From: Candidatus Woesearchaeota archaeon
Lineage (GTDB): Archaea > Nanobdellota > Nanobdellia > Nanobdellales > Nanobdellaceae
Assembly (NCBI GenBank): GCA_964468425.1
Contig: CAYXSZ010000004.1
Location: forward strand, 1-12,466
Reading direction: 5' to 3'
DNA length: 12,466 nucleotides
This document shows, in pieces, positions 11,791-12,466 of the stretch. A program made the translations under genes and the position numbers. Below the pieces are notes generated by a model. The model was given only the letters and a program-made list of their open reading frames with translations. It searched no databases and was not told the DNA's origin. Within the stretch, counting starts at the first letter, position 1; every line of letters starts with the position of its first letter.

Positions 11791-12466
11791 TTATTGGAGC
11801 TTCTGGGCTGTTGGTGTTTCTACCGTACCGCCGACCTTAACTGCTGTGGCGTTTGTGAACTCGGAGGCGTCCCTGTTTTCTGTCAAGTATAGTGCGAATT
11901 CTCTGGCTGCCATTCTCGTTGAATCTGCGCTGTCTCCCATGATTAATACGGCGACGTTTCCTCCCATCTCAGCAGCTTTGATGAGTCCTCCCGTTAGACC
12001 GCTGACTCTTGTACCGTAGGATACTCCTAGGAAGTCTGCGGTAACCTTGTTTACGTCAGGTCCTCCTATAGATATTAGCTTGTTGTCAGATGGAGTTACT
12101 TGTGTGTCTAGGACGGCTACGCTCGTTACTATTGGCTGTACCGTGGCTTCTGTGTAGTTCTTTGGAACTCCCTTTATGTCCGCGACCTTCCATCCGTCTA
12201 TCTCGTCACCAAGTCCTATTTCTTTGGTTTCTGTGGTGGTCTTGACCTCTCCTGTTGGAGCTAGTTTAATGTCATACCATACCTTCTCATCTGGATAATA
12301 GATTCTTAGGTAATAATCCTCTCCTGTCTTATATTCTACGTAGTCTCCATATGCGTCTAATAGCTTATAGTCGTTGTTGTCAGAGGCTAGGATCCCCCCA
12401 ATACCAGTTCCTCCAGAGTTTTCATCTAATTGGTCATTTGCATCAATACCCTCTACATAGTTTAAT
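11791..12466 (-). CDS. Surface (S-layer-like) protein, C-terminal 224 codons. The 5' end lies beyond the right window edge.
   Basis: The minus-strand frame is open from the window edge to TAA (11793-11791) and is not in the supplied track. Hand translation ends ...LISIGGPDVNKVTADFLGVSYGTRVSGLTGGLIKAAEMGGNVAVLIMGDSADSTRMAAREFALYLTENRDASEFTNATAVKVGGTVETPTAQKLQ*. The T/V/G/D-rich beta-type composition and the GGPxVNK motif resemble the C-terminal domains of euryarchaeal S-layer proteins. Confidence 0.5.
   Translation of the reverse strand, partial: LNYVEGIDANDQLDENSGGTGIGGILASDNNDYKLLDAYGDYVEYKTGEDYYLRIYYPDEKVWYDIKLAPTGEVKTTTETKEIGLGDEIDGWKVADIKGVPKNYTEATVQPIVTSVAVLDTQVTPSDNKLISIGGPDVNKVTADFLGVSYGTRVSGLTGGLIKAAEMGGNVAVLIMGDSADSTRMAAREFALYLTENRDASEFTNATAVKVGGTVETPTAQKLQ

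Noticed and set aside
11660-12019. 119-aa plus-strand ORF from the track spanning the FAU-1 start, the intergenic region and the S-layer 3' end.
   Set aside because: It crosses a promoter and terminator region and is antisense to two better-supported minus-strand genes. It is probably spurious.
1-12466. A defence or accessory system (CRISPR, toxin-antitoxin, restriction-modification, transposon, integrase at a tRNA).
   Set aside because: I saw no direct-repeat array, no terminal inverted repeats, no integrase or transposase-like ORF next to either tRNA, and no duplicated partial tRNA (att site). Every sizeable ORF is assignable to housekeeping functions.

Overview
The window looks like a core information-processing locus from an archaeon, probably a thermophile. 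The evidence for that is GC-rich tRNAs in a genome I estimate by eye at low-to-mid 40s % GC, K/E/I-rich proteins, a BHB-type tRNA intron, a box C/D sRNA, and TATA boxes about 25 nt upstream of most ATGs. Nearly everything is on the minus strand. Reading the minus strand from right to left: an S-layer-like protein (3' part), a FAU-1/DUF402-like RNA-binding protein, Rrp42, RpoK, enolase (broken by a 1-nt frameshift), MCM (carrying a 148-aa mini-intein), an RPA32-like OB+wH protein, aIF2-beta, DUF424, an NMD3-like protein, an unannotated 53-aa hyper-acidic ORF, aIF1A, tRNA-Trp, Nob1, an intron-containing tRNA-Ile(UAU), and AspRS (running off the left edge). On the plus strand there are only RpoD, a divergent UbiA-like membrane protein and one C/D box sRNA. 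I found no CRISPR array, transposon, toxin-antitoxin pair or recognisable defence island. The intein is the only selfish element. The items most worth a second look are: (1) the acidic, Phe-punctuated micro-ORF upstream of aIF1A; (2) the MCM gene translationally coupled to an RPA32/Stn1-like protein that shares its winged-helix tail; (3) the genomically encoded tRNA-Ile(UAU); (4) the C/D sRNA that appears to share one TATA element with tRNA-Trp; (5) the enolase frameshift; (6) the Walker-B mini-intein. All protein family calls come from motif recognition by eye, not from searches.
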